Source: Fidelibacterota bacterium UBA6531 (GTDB lineage: Bacteria; Fidelibacterota; Marinisomatia; Marinisomatales; TCS55). Taken from it: 64,000 nt of DNA. Every line of letters begins with the position of its first letter. Position 1 is the stretch's first letter. This document shows positions 44,365 to 53,412 of the stretch, piece after piece. Made by a program: the position numbers and the translations under genes. Location: the NCBI GenBank assembly GCA_002436185.1, contig DJKX01000049.1, positions 14,088 to 78,087 of the forward strand, in the 5' to 3' direction. Below the pieces are notes generated by a model. The model saw only the letters and a program-made list of their open reading frames with translations. It made no database searches and was not told the DNA's origin.

Positions 44365-44492
44365 ACGTTAGATATTAAAAGTGATAGTGGAATTATGGAA
44401 TATATGAGATTGAACATGGAAGATGTAAAAAAAGTTGGCAATCAACCAATTATTTTTTCAATTCCGCAATACCTAAAAAAATGAATTAAGAC

Positions 44493-46814
44493 ATGAAATC
44501 ACCTACTGAATTAAAACAATATTTCTCCCATTGGGAAGTCACCAAAGACCTTATTGATCAATGCATAGATATTATGCTGAACCTGAGCCAGAGCGGGCAC
44601 CCCGGCGGCTCTCGTTCCAAGGTACACGGCATGGTTGCCACATTACTGTCTGGCGCTATGCGTTGGGATATCCGTGAAGCAGGTAAACGCTTTGCAGATC
44701 GCTATATACTGGTGGCCGGTCATGCAAACCCGGTTGTTTATGCAACTCTTGCTGTGTTGAATGAGGCTATGCGCATTAAGTATAATCAAACAGGTGATAA
44801 AAAATATCAGCATTTTAAGGGCGAAAAGTACCAACTTGTTTGGGAAGACCTGTTTACACTGCGCCGTAACGGCGGTTTGCCGGGTCATGCAGAGATGGAA
44901 GGCAAAACACTCTTTTTTAAATTTAATACGGGCCCCAGCGGACACGGCTCGCCTGCAGCAGCAGGAGAAGCATTGGCATTAAAGTTGGCAAAAGCACCGG
45001 AAGTAAAGGTATTTGCTTTTGAAGGAGAAGGTGGTTTTACCGCTGGCGCTACCCACGAAACGATCAATTCAGCCTGGGGATTGGGATTAGGCAATTTGGT
45101 GTATTTTCTGGATTGGAATGATTTTGGAATTGATGCGAGACCATTTAGCTCTATTATGTACGGTACACCGGAAGATTGGTTTGGCTCCCACGGCTGGCAC
45201 GTGGAAGGTACCATGGATGGAGAAGATTGGGAATCGCTAACAAAAGCCTATTATAAATTGCTTGTGGAAAATGCCAAACCCGATCAGCCTAAGGTGCTCT
45301 ATGTCAGAATGCGCAAAGGACGGGGCTATCATAAATTTGATCACACAAGCCACGGTGCTGCTCATAAACAAAATTCGAAATTGTTCTGGAAAACTAAAAG
45401 CGAATTTGCTGAAAAGTATAATATAGAATTTGATCAATTTGGTGAAGCAGCATCCGAAACCTGGGATGAGCAAGTAAAGCAAGCTAAAGCACTTTTTCAC
45501 ACAGTCTTTTCTGTCATGGAAAATAACCAGGAATTGATAGACTATTTGACAGATACGTTAGTTGAAATTGGAAACTCGGTACCCAAAGAAATCGATAATT
45601 GCCATATGAGTGCAAAAAATCCAACCACAGATAAATCTATGTTTAATATAAATACTTTACCGGATGGTCTTTTTGTTCAGCCTGGTGAGAAAGCGCCAAA
45701 CCGAGTGGGCTTTTCTAAATATGCCAGTTACATTAATACGATTGCTGAAAAAGAATATGGCCGGCCGTTAGTGATTGCCATGAGCGCTGACTTGGCTGAT
45801 TCAACAAACATTTCCGGGTTTGCTAAAGAATGGGATGGGGACGGGAATCATGGTTTTTATAATAAGGATACGAATACGGACAGTCCTTTGATGCCCCAAG
45901 GAATTACAGAATTTGCTAACGCCGGCATGATGGCAGGACTGGCAACGGTTAATTTCAGTCCAGATGTATACAAAAACTTCAATGGTTTTTATGGAGCTAT
46001 GAGCACCTATGGTTCTTTCAGCTATTTGAAATATGGTCCTTTAAGACTATTCAGCCAGATTGCACAGGATTCAGACTTTAAAGTAGGAAAACTTATTTGG
46101 GTCGTTGGGCATTCTGGGCCGGAAACAGCAGAAGACAGCCGCACGCACTTCGGTATTTTTTCTCCGGGGGTAACCCAACTTTTTCCCGATGGACACATAG
46201 TGAACATTCATCCTTGGGAACACAATGAAGTCGCCCCGTCTTTGGCAGCGGCATTTAATACGGATATACCAATTATAGGTTTGCATTTGACCCGCCCTGC
46301 TATAACAATTCCCGATCGTAAAGCGTTAGGGATGGCATCGCACATGGATGCGGCAAAAGGCGCTTATATAATTAAGGATTATGATAAAGACAAAGAAAAG
46401 GAAGGAGTTATCATCGTTCGCGGAACCAGCTCCACAAATTCTATTGTAGAATTGCTGCCGAGAATCAAAGAAGAAGGGCTCAATGTTAAAATCGTTGCGG
46501 CAATATCTTGGGAACTATTCCAAAGACAAAGTGCAGAATACCGCAACAGCATCATTGCTCCAGTAGAATGGCACGATACTATGGTCATAACCAATGGCGC
46601 AAGACAATTAATGCAAAAATGGATGGCCAATCAAGAGGTTGAAAAGTATTCACTATCATCCGATTGGGATAATCGCTGGAGAACAGGTGGATCGGTGGAC
46701 GAAATTGTGGACGAAGCACATTTGTCACCCCGGTGGATATGGGAAGGAATTACCAAATTTGCTACTGATCGTAAAGATCGGCTGGATGCAATTCGTGGAG
46801 AAATTCCTGCATAG
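44493..46814 (+). CDS. Transketolase-family thiamine-diphosphate enzyme (unusually long, 773 aa)
   Basis: SQSGHPGGSRSKVH, LVAGHANPVVYA, FEGEGGFTAGATHE (TPP-binding GDG-like), ADLADSTN and GITEFANAGMMAGLA follow the transketolase N-terminal and pyrimidine-binding domain order. The inter-domain region appears longer than usual. Confidence 0.7.
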   Translation: MKSPTELKQYFSHWEVTKDLIDQCIDIMLNLSQSGHPGGSRSKVHGMVATLLSGAMRWDIREAGKRFADRYILVAGHANPVVYATLAVLNEAMRIKYNQTGDKKYQHFKGEKYQLVWEDLFTLRRNGGLPGHAEMEGKTLFFKFNTGPSGHGSPAAAGEALALKLAKAPEVKVFAFEGEGGFTAGATHETINSAWGLGLGNLVYFLDWNDFGIDARPFSSIMYGTPEDWFGSHGWHVEGTMDGEDWESLTKAYYKLLVENAKPDQPKVLYVRMRKGRGYHKFDHTSHGAAHKQNSKLFWKTKSEFAEKYNIEFDQFGEAASETWDEQVKQAKALFHTVFSVMENNQELIDYLTDTLVEIGNSVPKEIDNCHMSAKNPTTDKSMFNINTLPDGLFVQPGEKAPNRVGFSKYASYINTIAEKEYGRPLVIAMSADLADSTNISGFAKEWDGDGNHGFYNKDTNTDSPLMPQGITEFANAGMMAGLATVNFSPDVYKNFNGFYGAMSTYGSFSYLKYGPLRLFSQIAQDSDFKVGKLIWVVGHSGPETAEDSRTHFGIFSPGVTQLFPDGHIVNIHPWEHNEVAPSLAAAFNTDIPIIGLHLTRPAITIPDRKALGMASHMDAAKGAYIIKDYDKDKEKEGVIIVRGTSSTNSIVELLPRIKEEGLNVKIVAAISWELFQRQSAEYRNSIIAPVEWHDTMVITNGARQLMQKWMANQEVEKYSLSSDWDNRWRTGGSVDEIVDEAHLSPRWIWEGITKFATDRKDRLDAIRGEIPA

Positions 46815-46898
46815 GACTCAAAAATTTGACGACCCCCCTTCGTTTTTGTACCTTCCGTGGCTCAAATAGCATGATTTACAATCAATACCCTGCGTTTT

Positions 46899-47927
46899 AT
46901 GACTGAAATTCACATAACAGACCCCACACCCCTTGAAGAAGACATTATTGTTGAAAAGTCTTTACGCCCAGAAAAGTTCGATGAATTTATCGGTCAGCGG
47001 GAAATTGTAGATAATTTGAAGCTGTATATCGAAGCGGCCAATAAGCGCAAGGAATCTCTGGATCATGTACTTTTGTTTGGGCCGCCGGGGCTTGGTAAAA
47101 CAACACTGGCAAATATTATTTCCAAAGAATTGAGCGTTAGTTTAAAACAATCTTCCGGACCGGTATTAGAACGCGCAGGTGATTTAGCTGGCGTATTGAC
47201 AAATCTCATGGGAAGGGATGTTTTTTTTATTGATGAAATCCACCGGTTGAATTCAGTAGTGGAGGAATATTTATACTCCGCCATGGAAGATTACCGCATA
47301 GAAATTATGATCGACAAAGGCCCCAGCGCACGCAGCGTGCAGCTGAATGTGGAACCCTTTACATTAATTGGGGCGACAACACGATTGGGAAATCTCACAT
47401 CCCCATTGCGGGATCGTTTTGGTGTTGTGCTACGCGTGGATTTTTATAATGCCGAAGACCTGTTTCATATTATCAAACGTTCTGCACAAATCCTTGAAGT
47501 GGATATTGATGAAGGTGGCGCCAAGGAATTGGCACGTCGCAGCCGGGGGACACCGCGTATTGCAAATCGTATTTTACGTCGAGCAAGGGATTATGCAGAA
47601 GTGAAAGCCAATGGTAAAATTGATACAACCGTCGCCAAGGAAGCGCTGGACAGAATGGGAATTGATGTTCATGGTTTAGATGATATGGACCGCCGCATTC
47701 TGATAGCACTTATTGATCAATTTAAAGGTGGTCCCGTAGGTGTCGGTTCTCTGTCTGTTGCAGTAAGCGAAGATGCATATACGATAGAAGACGTCTATGA
47801 ACCTTATTTAATTAAAGAAGGGTTTATTCAGCGAACATCAAGAGGTCGTATTGCCCAAGAAAAAGCATTTAAACTTTTAAACAGAACATTTAATACAAAA
47901 ATACAACAGAGGTTATTTAATGATTAA
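46899..47927 (+). CDS. ruvB: Holliday junction branch migration helicase RuvB
   Basis: 342 aa. [19 protein letters not shown], Walker [20 protein letters not shown], and [15 protein letters not shown]. Confidence 0.97.
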   Translation: MTEIHITDPTPLEEDIIVEKSLRPEKFDEFIGQREIVDNLKLYIEAANKRKESLDHVLLFGPPGLGKTTLANIISKELSVSLKQSSGPVLERAGDLAGVLTNLMGRDVFFIDEIHRLNSVVEEYLYSAMEDYRIEIMIDKGPSARSVQLNVEPFTLIGATTRLGNLTSPLRDRFGVVLRVDFYNAEDLFHIIKRSAQILEVDIDEGGAKELARRSRGTPRIANRILRRARDYAEVKANGKIDTTVAKEALDRMGIDVHGLDDMDRRILIALIDQFKGGPVGVGSLSVAVSEDAYTIEDVYEPYLIKEGFIQRTSRGRIAQEKAFKLLNRTFNTKIQQRLFND

Positions 47928-48972
47928 TAAAAAGAAAAAGTATAAACTGGCAGATTTTGATTATCCTTTACCGGAAAAATATATTGCCCAATACCCTGCA
48001 AAACGTCGGGACTTGTCCAAAATGATGCTTGTGGATAAAAATACAGGTGATATAGAACATAAAACATTTTCAAATATGGTTGAGAATTTTCGTAAAAATG
48101 ACTTAATTATTATGAACAATACAAAAGTGTTTCCAGCGCGGCTCTATGCAAGCAAAGATAAGACAGAGGCTACCGTAGAAGTGTTTCTTCTGCGGGAACT
48201 GGAAAATGAGTTGTGGGAAGTCATGGTTCGTCCAGCGCGGAAAGTGCGCATTGGCAATAAACTTATGTTTGCTAAAAATGTATTTTGCGATGTTATAGAC
48301 AATACAATTTCCGGAGGACGTGTGGTGCGCTTTGAATATACAGGTAAAAATTTCTACGATATTATTGACCGTATCGGGACATCACCTTTACCTCCCTATA
48401 TTAAACGACCCGCCGAAGCAAAAGACAAGATACGATTTCAAACAGTTTATGCCGAAGAAAGAGGAGCTGTTGCAGCGCCCACTGCCGGGCTTCATTTTAC
48501 CAAAGGGGTGATGAAACGCCTGCAGGACAAAGGTGTTAAAATTGCTTACACAACGCTGCATATTGGATTAGGAACATTTCGTCCGGTTCAAGTAGAAGAC
48601 CTGAACCGCCATCAAATGGATTCAGAATATTTTGAAGTATCCCCCAAAACTGCCTTGGCAATCAATGAAACCAAGAAAAAGCGGCGAAAGGTGTATGCTG
48701 TGGGAACATCCACGGTAAGGGCGTTGGAAACGGTAGCAGTATCCGGATTTCAGGTATCTCCGAAAAGGGGTTGGACAGACAAGTTTATTTATCCACCGTA
48801 TAACTTTAAAATGGTGGACGGGATCATTACCAATTTTCACCAGCCGAAAAGCACATTACTCATGATGATATCAGCCTTTTCTGAAAGGGATATCATTATG
48901 AAAGCTTACCGGGAAGCCAAAAAAAATGATTACCGCTTCCTAAGCTACGGCGATGCAATGTTCTTAAAATAA
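47920..48972 (+). CDS. queA: S-adenosylmethionine:tRNA ribosyltransferase-isomerase
   Basis: 350 aa. [46 protein letters not shown], and [15 protein letters not shown]. Confidence 0.95.
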   Translation: MINKKKKYKLADFDYPLPEKYIAQYPAKRRDLSKMMLVDKNTGDIEHKTFSNMVENFRKNDLIIMNNTKVFPARLYASKDKTEATVEVFLLRELENELWEVMVRPARKVRIGNKLMFAKNVFCDVIDNTISGGRVVRFEYTGKNFYDIIDRIGTSPLPPYIKRPAEAKDKIRFQTVYAEERGAVAAPTAGLHFTKGVMKRLQDKGVKIAYTTLHIGLGTFRPVQVEDLNRHQMDSEYFEVSPKTALAINETKKKRRKVYAVGTSTVRALETVAVSGFQVSPKRGWTDKFIYPPYNFKMVDGIITNFHQPKSTLLMMISAFSERDIIMKAYREAKKNDYRFLSYGDAMFLK

Positions 48973-49649
48973 TGTCGTCTCCATTGAAAGCAGGTGCTGT
49001 TATTGCCGCCGCCGGAATGGGGAACCGTTTTGGTGAAAAAAAACAGTTCAAACTGTTAAGCCGACGACCACTCCTCTTTCATACTTTAACCCCATTTCTG
49101 GAATGTGATGATATTTCTGAAATAGTTGTGGTGGTTCCGGAAGAAGACTTGGACAATACATCACGTGAATTGGCTTCGTTTTCATCAGCAAAACCAGTAA
49201 AAACTGTGACTGGAGGAGCACGTCGCCAAGATTCTGTTTTGAATGGCTGTGAAACATTATCAAAAGAAGTAAAAATTGTTGCTGTCCATGATGCAGCAAG
49301 ACCTTTCGTAACCAATAAACTTATTTCTGCAACAATTAAAGGGTGTAGCGAAGCAGATGGTTGTATTGCGGCCATGCCATCTCAAGACACGGTGAAGCAA
49401 GTAAGTGGTGATCACATTCAAAAAACATTAGACCGCAATTCAATTTGGATGGCTCAAACGCCCCAATCATTTCACAGGGATATTTTGATTGAAGCGCTCC
49501 AAGAGGAAATGAAAGCGACCGATGAAGCATCCATGGTAGAAGCGGTTGGTGGTACAGTAGCCGTAACTGAAGGATTTGCCAGGAATTTTAAAATCACCAC
49601 GAGAGAGGACTGGCAACTAGCGGAAAGGTTAGTATTTAATCATGGTTAA
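48972..49649 (+). CDS. ispD: 2-C-methyl-D-erythritol 4-phosphate cytidylyltransferase
   Basis: 225 aa. AVIAAAGMGNRFG, VTGGARRQDSV, VHDAARPF, and AQTPQSF. Confidence 0.9.
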   Translation: MSSPLKAGAVIAAAGMGNRFGEKKQFKLLSRRPLLFHTLTPFLECDDISEIVVVVPEEDLDNTSRELASFSSAKPVKTVTGGARRQDSVLNGCETLSKEVKIVAVHDAARPFVTNKLISATIKGCSEADGCIAAMPSQDTVKQVSGDHIQKTLDRNSIWMAQTPQSFHRDILIEALQEEMKATDEASMVEAVGGTVAVTEGFARNFKITTREDWQLAERLVFNHG

Positions 49650-50115
49650 AACAGGAATAGGCTACGACGTTCATCCTCTGGCGGAAGGTGAAGCTCTCAT
49701 TATTGGCGGTGTAAAAATTGATAGTTCAGTTGGTTCGGTGGGTCATTCTGACGGCGATGTACTCCTCCATGCGATTGTAGATGCATTATTGGGCGCAGCT
49801 AATTTGGGAGATATTGGTCAGCATTTCCCCAGTTCCGATAAGCGCTGGAAAGGAAAAGAAAGCATTCATTTCTTGGAACACACCATTAATCTAGTAAGGG
49901 AAAACGGTTTTGAAATTGACCATATTGACAGCACAATTATTTTGGAAGAACCGAAGCTGGTTAACATCATTCCGGAAATGGTATATAAAATATCTTATTC
50001 CCTTCAAATAGATGAAGCATCTGTGTCTATTAAAGCTACTACCACGGATAAAATGGGTTTTATCGGCCGCGGAGAAGGTGTGGGAGCAGTGACTGTGGTC
50101 ACCATATCGAAATAA
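49642..50115 (+). CDS. ispF: 2-C-methyl-D-erythritol 2,4-cyclodiphosphate synthase
   Basis: 157 aa. GIGYDVHPL, GHSDGDVLLHAIVDALLGA, GDIGQHFP, and ATTTDKMGFIGRGEG. Overlaps ispD by 8 nt. Confidence 0.95.
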   Translation: MVKTGIGYDVHPLAEGEALIIGGVKIDSSVGSVGHSDGDVLLHAIVDALLGAANLGDIGQHFPSSDKRWKGKESIHFLEHTINLVRENGFEIDHIDSTIILEEPKLVNIIPEMVYKISYSLQIDEASVSIKATTTDKMGFIGRGEGVGAVTVVTISK

Positions 50116-50120
50116 TGATA

Positions 50121-50230
50121 ATCTATAATTTTATCCCTTTACATTTCTCCTGTTGCAGGGAAAGAAGAGAAAATTTAAGCAGATTGTTCTCCCCTATCAT
50201 AGGGGAGAAGTAAAAAGGGGTTTTATAATT
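50121..50230. repeat. Short palindromic intergenic repeat, two sub-elements including a 23-bp perfect palindrome
   Basis: TTCTCCCCTAT-C-ATAGGGGAGAA at 50187-50209 is a perfect palindrome. The flanking ...GTAAAAAGGGGTTTTATAATT and the upstream CTATAATT...TTCTCCTGTTGCAGGGAAAGAAGAGAAAA (50123-50173) are both related to the element at 30186-30240. Confidence 0.65.
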
Positions 50231-51074
50231 GAGTTTCAATTCGTTGAAATCACACGCAAAAGTGAATATTGGCCTGCAGGTGTTGAATAAACGTCCCGAT
50301 AGTTATCACAATCTCAACACCATTTTTCAGGAATTGGATTTCCATGATATTATCACTTTGGAAAAAATAGATTCTGGATGTGAATTAACGTCAAACGACA
50401 AGAATTTTCCTTTAGATTCCACCAACACGTGCGCAATGGCCTATGCTGCGATTTTTGAGCAATTCCCTAATTTGGGCGGAATTAAGGTACATGTTGAAAA
50501 AATTATTCCCCAAGGTGCTGGATTAGGAGGAGGTTCCAGTAACGGGGCAACAGTATTAAAAGGCATTAATGAGTTATATGAATTAGGTTTGTCTGTTGCT
50601 GATTTACAAAACATCGGAAAAGGATTAGGGGCAGATGTACCTTTTTTCATTCGCGGGGGAATACAACTTGGCGAAGGAATCGGTGAAAATTTATCGCCCA
50701 TAAATGTAAAATTGAATTTTTCGTTTTTACTGGTTATCCCTACGGTTTTTATCTCCACAGAATGGGCGTATGATGAATTGAAAAAAGTTTTGGAGGACAG
50801 TGTTGAAAAAGCTAACTTTGCCGACTTATTCAGAAGGGATATAATTCCTTTTGAGCTTTTTCAGAATGAATTTGAACGGATTGTGATTCCAGCACATCCA
50901 GAAATTGGTGAAATAAAGGATGCTCTGATAGATAACGGAGCTCAATATGCCAGTTTGTCGGGAAGTGGTTCGACTGTGTTCGGAATGTTTGACGAAGACA
51001 CTGCAGCAAAAGCAGCCGAGTCTGTTTTATCGTCCGACTACCGAACCATCTTAACTCATCCCGTGCACAGCTGA
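50229..51074 (+). CDS. ispE: 4-diphosphocytidyl-2-C-methyl-D-erythritol kinase
   Basis: 281 aa, TTG start per the ORF track. SHAKVNIGLQVLNKRPDSYHNL, GHMP-kinase loop IPQGAGLGGGSSNGA, and SLSGSGSTVFG. Confidence 0.9.
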   Translation: MSFNSLKSHAKVNIGLQVLNKRPDSYHNLNTIFQELDFHDIITLEKIDSGCELTSNDKNFPLDSTNTCAMAYAAIFEQFPNLGGIKVHVEKIIPQGAGLGGGSSNGATVLKGINELYELGLSVADLQNIGKGLGADVPFFIRGGIQLGEGIGENLSPINVKLNFSFLLVIPTVFISTEWAYDELKKVLEDSVEKANFADLFRRDIIPFELFQNEFERIVIPAHPEIGEIKDALIDNGAQYASLSGSGSTVFGMFDEDTAAKAAESVLSSDYRTILTHPVHS

Positions 51075-51096
51075 AATTAAATCCAAACTAACCCTT

Positions 51097-51167
51097 TGGG
51101 GCGTCGTCTAAGGGTAGGACACCTGGTTTTGGTCCAGGCAGTTGGGGTTCGAATCCCTGCGCCCCAG
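51097..51167 (+). tRNA. tRNA-Gln (anticodon UUG)
   Basis: Folded by hand into a cloverleaf. Acceptor stem TGGGGCG/CGCCCCA; D-stem GTCT/GGAC; anticodon stem CCTGG/CCAGG with loop TTTTGGT (anticodon TTG at 51129-51131); T-arm with TTCGAAT loop; discriminator G. The 3' CCA is not encoded (followed by CAA). Confidence 0.9.
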
Positions 51168-51179
51168 CAAAAAAATATT

Positions 51180-52127
51180 ATGAGTAAAGATACCTTAAAA
51201 TTATTTACCGGTCGAAGCAATCCCCGCCTTGGGGAGCAAATTGCGGAATACCTGAGTGTTCCATTAGGTCAATTATCCATTAAGGATTTTGCCGATGGAG
51301 AGATTTGGATCAAGTTTGAGGAAAATATCCGAAACAAGGATGTGTTTGTTATTCAGAGCACTAATGGTCCGGCAAAGAATATTCTGGAACTTGTCCTTAT
51401 TTTAGATGCGGCTGTCCGGGCTTCAGCTAAAAGTGTTACAGCCGTGATACCCTATTTTGGATATGCTAGGCAGGATAGGAAAGATACGCCACGAGTACCT
51501 ATTTCTGCACGAGTTATGGTAGACATGTTTACAGCAGCCGGCACGGATCGAATTGTCACAATGGATTTGCACTCAACCCAGATCCAGGGGTTTGCGAATA
51601 TTCCGTTTGATCATCTTTATAGCCGTATGGTCTTGATGGATAAGATCAAAGCATTGGGTTTGGATCCTGAAAATTCCGTTGTTCTTTCTCCTGATGTAGG
51701 TTCAGCTCGTATGAGTCAAGCTTATGCAAAACGGCTGGGCATGCATTTTGCTTTAATTGATAAACGGCGTTATGCACCGAACCAAGCAAAAGTCATGCAT
51801 TTAATTGGTGAACTTAAAGGGAAAGATGTATTAATTATTGATGATATGATTGATACAGCAGGGACGACAGTAAATGCTGCTGATGCTGCCCAGGAAAATG
51901 GTGCAAATTCAGTTACAGCTGTTGCAACACACGCTCTTTTATCAGGATCGGCAATAGACAGGATAAAATCTTCAGCAATCAGTCAGTTGATTGTAACAGA
52001 TACAGTCAAGATACCAGAAGAAAAATTATTTAATAAAATGAAAATAGTAACAGTTTCCAACATTTTTGCTGAAGCGATTAATCGTATTCATGAAGGTGAA
52101 TCTGTGAGCTCACTGTTCGAATTTTAA
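51180..52127 (+). CDS. prs: Ribose-phosphate pyrophosphokinase
   Basis: MSKDTLKLFTGRSNPRLGEQIAEYL, IPYFGYARQDRK, and the PRPP loop LIIDDMIDTAGT. The ORF-track start at 51096 would read through the tRNA-Gln, so the ATG at 51180 is used. Confidence 0.95.
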   Translation: MSKDTLKLFTGRSNPRLGEQIAEYLSVPLGQLSIKDFADGEIWIKFEENIRNKDVFVIQSTNGPAKNILELVLILDAAVRASAKSVTAVIPYFGYARQDRKDTPRVPISARVMVDMFTAAGTDRIVTMDLHSTQIQGFANIPFDHLYSRMVLMDKIKALGLDPENSVVLSPDVGSARMSQAYAKRLGMHFALIDKRRYAPNQAKVMHLIGELKGKDVLIIDDMIDTAGTTVNAADAAQENGANSVTAVATHALLSGSAIDRIKSSAISQLIVTDTVKIPEEKLFNKMKIVTVSNIFAEAINRIHEGESVSSLFEF

Positions 52128-52139
52128 GCGGAGAAAACA

Positions 52140-52838
52140 ATGGCAGATTATTATCAGTTAGCTGTAGAAAAAAGGGAACAGACCGGAATAAGCGCTACAA
52201 AATCATTACGCAAAAACGGCAAAATTCCAGCAAACTATTATTACAAGGGAGAAGCCAACATCAATTTGATTCTTGATTCCAAAGAACTCTTTCATGCCCT
52301 GAATTCAGGAAACCGAGTATTTGAGGTAGAATTTGACGGCAACACCCAATATGTAATGATTAAAGAAATGCAGTATCATCCGGTAACAGAAAACGTTTTA
52401 CACGTGGACCTTATGCGCGTTCGTAGAGATGTGAAAATGACAATTTCTGTACCTATTCACTTAGAAGGAGAGGCTGTCGGCGTTAATGAAGGCGGTGTCC
52501 TTTCTCAAATCCTTACAAGTGTCGAAGTTGAATGTTTGCCAACGGACGTCCCGGAATTTATTTCTGTCGATGTGACTGAATTGGGAATGAATAGCAGTCT
52601 GACAATTGCGGATATTGTTGTAACAGGTGAATTCACAATTTTGGCGGATGAAGATCAAGCCATTGCTGCTATAGCACCTCCAAAAGAAGAGGAAGAACCT
52701 GTTGTTGAAGAACTCGAAGAAGGTGAAGAGGGTGAAGAAGGAGAGGAAGGTGAAGAAGGAGCTGAAGGAGAAACAGCGGCAGAAGGTGGTGAAGAAAAAG
52801 CTGAAGGTAAAGATGCTGCTGAAGACGGCTCTAAATAA
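52140..52838 (+). CDS. rplY: 50S ribosomal protein L25, Ctc (long) form, with acidic Glu/Gly-rich tail
   Basis: 232 aa. EKREQTGISATKSLRKNGKIPANYY..., ...HPVTENVLHVDLMRV, and CLPTDVPEFISVDVTEL, followed by the EEGEEGEEGEEGEEG tail. Lies in the conserved prs-ctc-pth order. Confidence 0.85.
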   Translation: MADYYQLAVEKREQTGISATKSLRKNGKIPANYYYKGEANINLILDSKELFHALNSGNRVFEVEFDGNTQYVMIKEMQYHPVTENVLHVDLMRVRRDVKMTISVPIHLEGEAVGVNEGGVLSQILTSVEVECLPTDVPEFISVDVTELGMNSSLTIADIVVTGEFTILADEDQAIAAIAPPKEEEEPVVEELEEGEEGEEGEEGEEGAEGETAAEGGEEKAEGKDAAEDGSK

Positions 52839-52840
52839 TT

Positions 52841-53392
52841 ATGAAAGCATTTATAGGCTTGGGGAATCCCGGGTCGGAATATGCCAACACCAAACACAAT
52901 GCCGGATTTTGGGTTGTGGACGAATTGGCCAGACGCTGGTCCGTCGCGTTTCAACCGGGAAAAGGATCGTTTGTGTACGCTGAAGTACCTGAAAAGGATT
53001 CCCTTTTGGTTAAACCCACATCGGGTATGAATACCAGCGGCGTTGCTGTAAAAATGGTCATTCAGAATTGGAATATTGATCTGGCTGATTTACATATTGT
53101 GTTGGATGATGTGGATTTACCGCTGGGTTCCATGCGGCTCAGACCTAAAGGCGGTGATGGCTGTCATCGTGGAATGGAATCTGTTATCTATCATCTAGGA
53201 CATACGGGTTTCCCGAGATTACGTTTTGGTGTAGCAGCTTCTGACCACAAACGGCCAGCAGAAAAATATGTACTTAAACCATTTAAGAAAAATGATCAGC
53301 CGGAAGCTGACGACATGGTCCAGAATGTAGCCGATGCAGTTGCATCCGTTTTGAATCATGGATTGCAAAAAACGATGAATGATTTTAACTAA
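52841..53392 (+). CDS. pth: Peptidyl-tRNA hydrolase
   Basis: 183 aa. FIGLGNPGSEYANTKHNAGF, PTSGMNTSG, and DDVDLPLGSMRLRPKGGDGCHRGM. Confidence 0.95.
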   Translation: MKAFIGLGNPGSEYANTKHNAGFWVVDELARRWSVAFQPGKGSFVYAEVPEKDSLLVKPTSGMNTSGVAVKMVIQNWNIDLADLHIVLDDVDLPLGSMRLRPKGGDGCHRGMESVIYHLGHTGFPRLRFGVAASDHKRPAEKYVLKPFKKNDQPEADDMVQNVADAVASVLNHGLQKTMNDFN

Positions 53393-53412
53393 TGAAAAAG
53401 GAAAAAACTTAA

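Noticed and set aside
44395-44484. 29-codon ORF (MEYMRLNMEDVKKVGNQPIIFSIPQYLKK) in the uvrA / transketolase-like spacer
   Set aside because: It has no ribosome-binding site and no recognisable motif. Its length is expected by chance in AT-rich DNA.
51096-51179. N-terminal extension of the prs ORF (MGRRLRVGHLVLVQAVGVRIPAPQQKNI)
   Set aside because: These codons are the tRNA-Gln gene read as protein. The Prs homology starts at the ATG at 51180.
52690-52838. Imperfect GAAGAAGGT-type tandem repeats, and the similar Glu/Lys-rich tail of S6 at about 55890-55977
   Set aside because: They encode acidic low-complexity tails on ribosomal proteins L25 and S6. These are a compositional feature, not an independent repeat element or CRISPR-like array.
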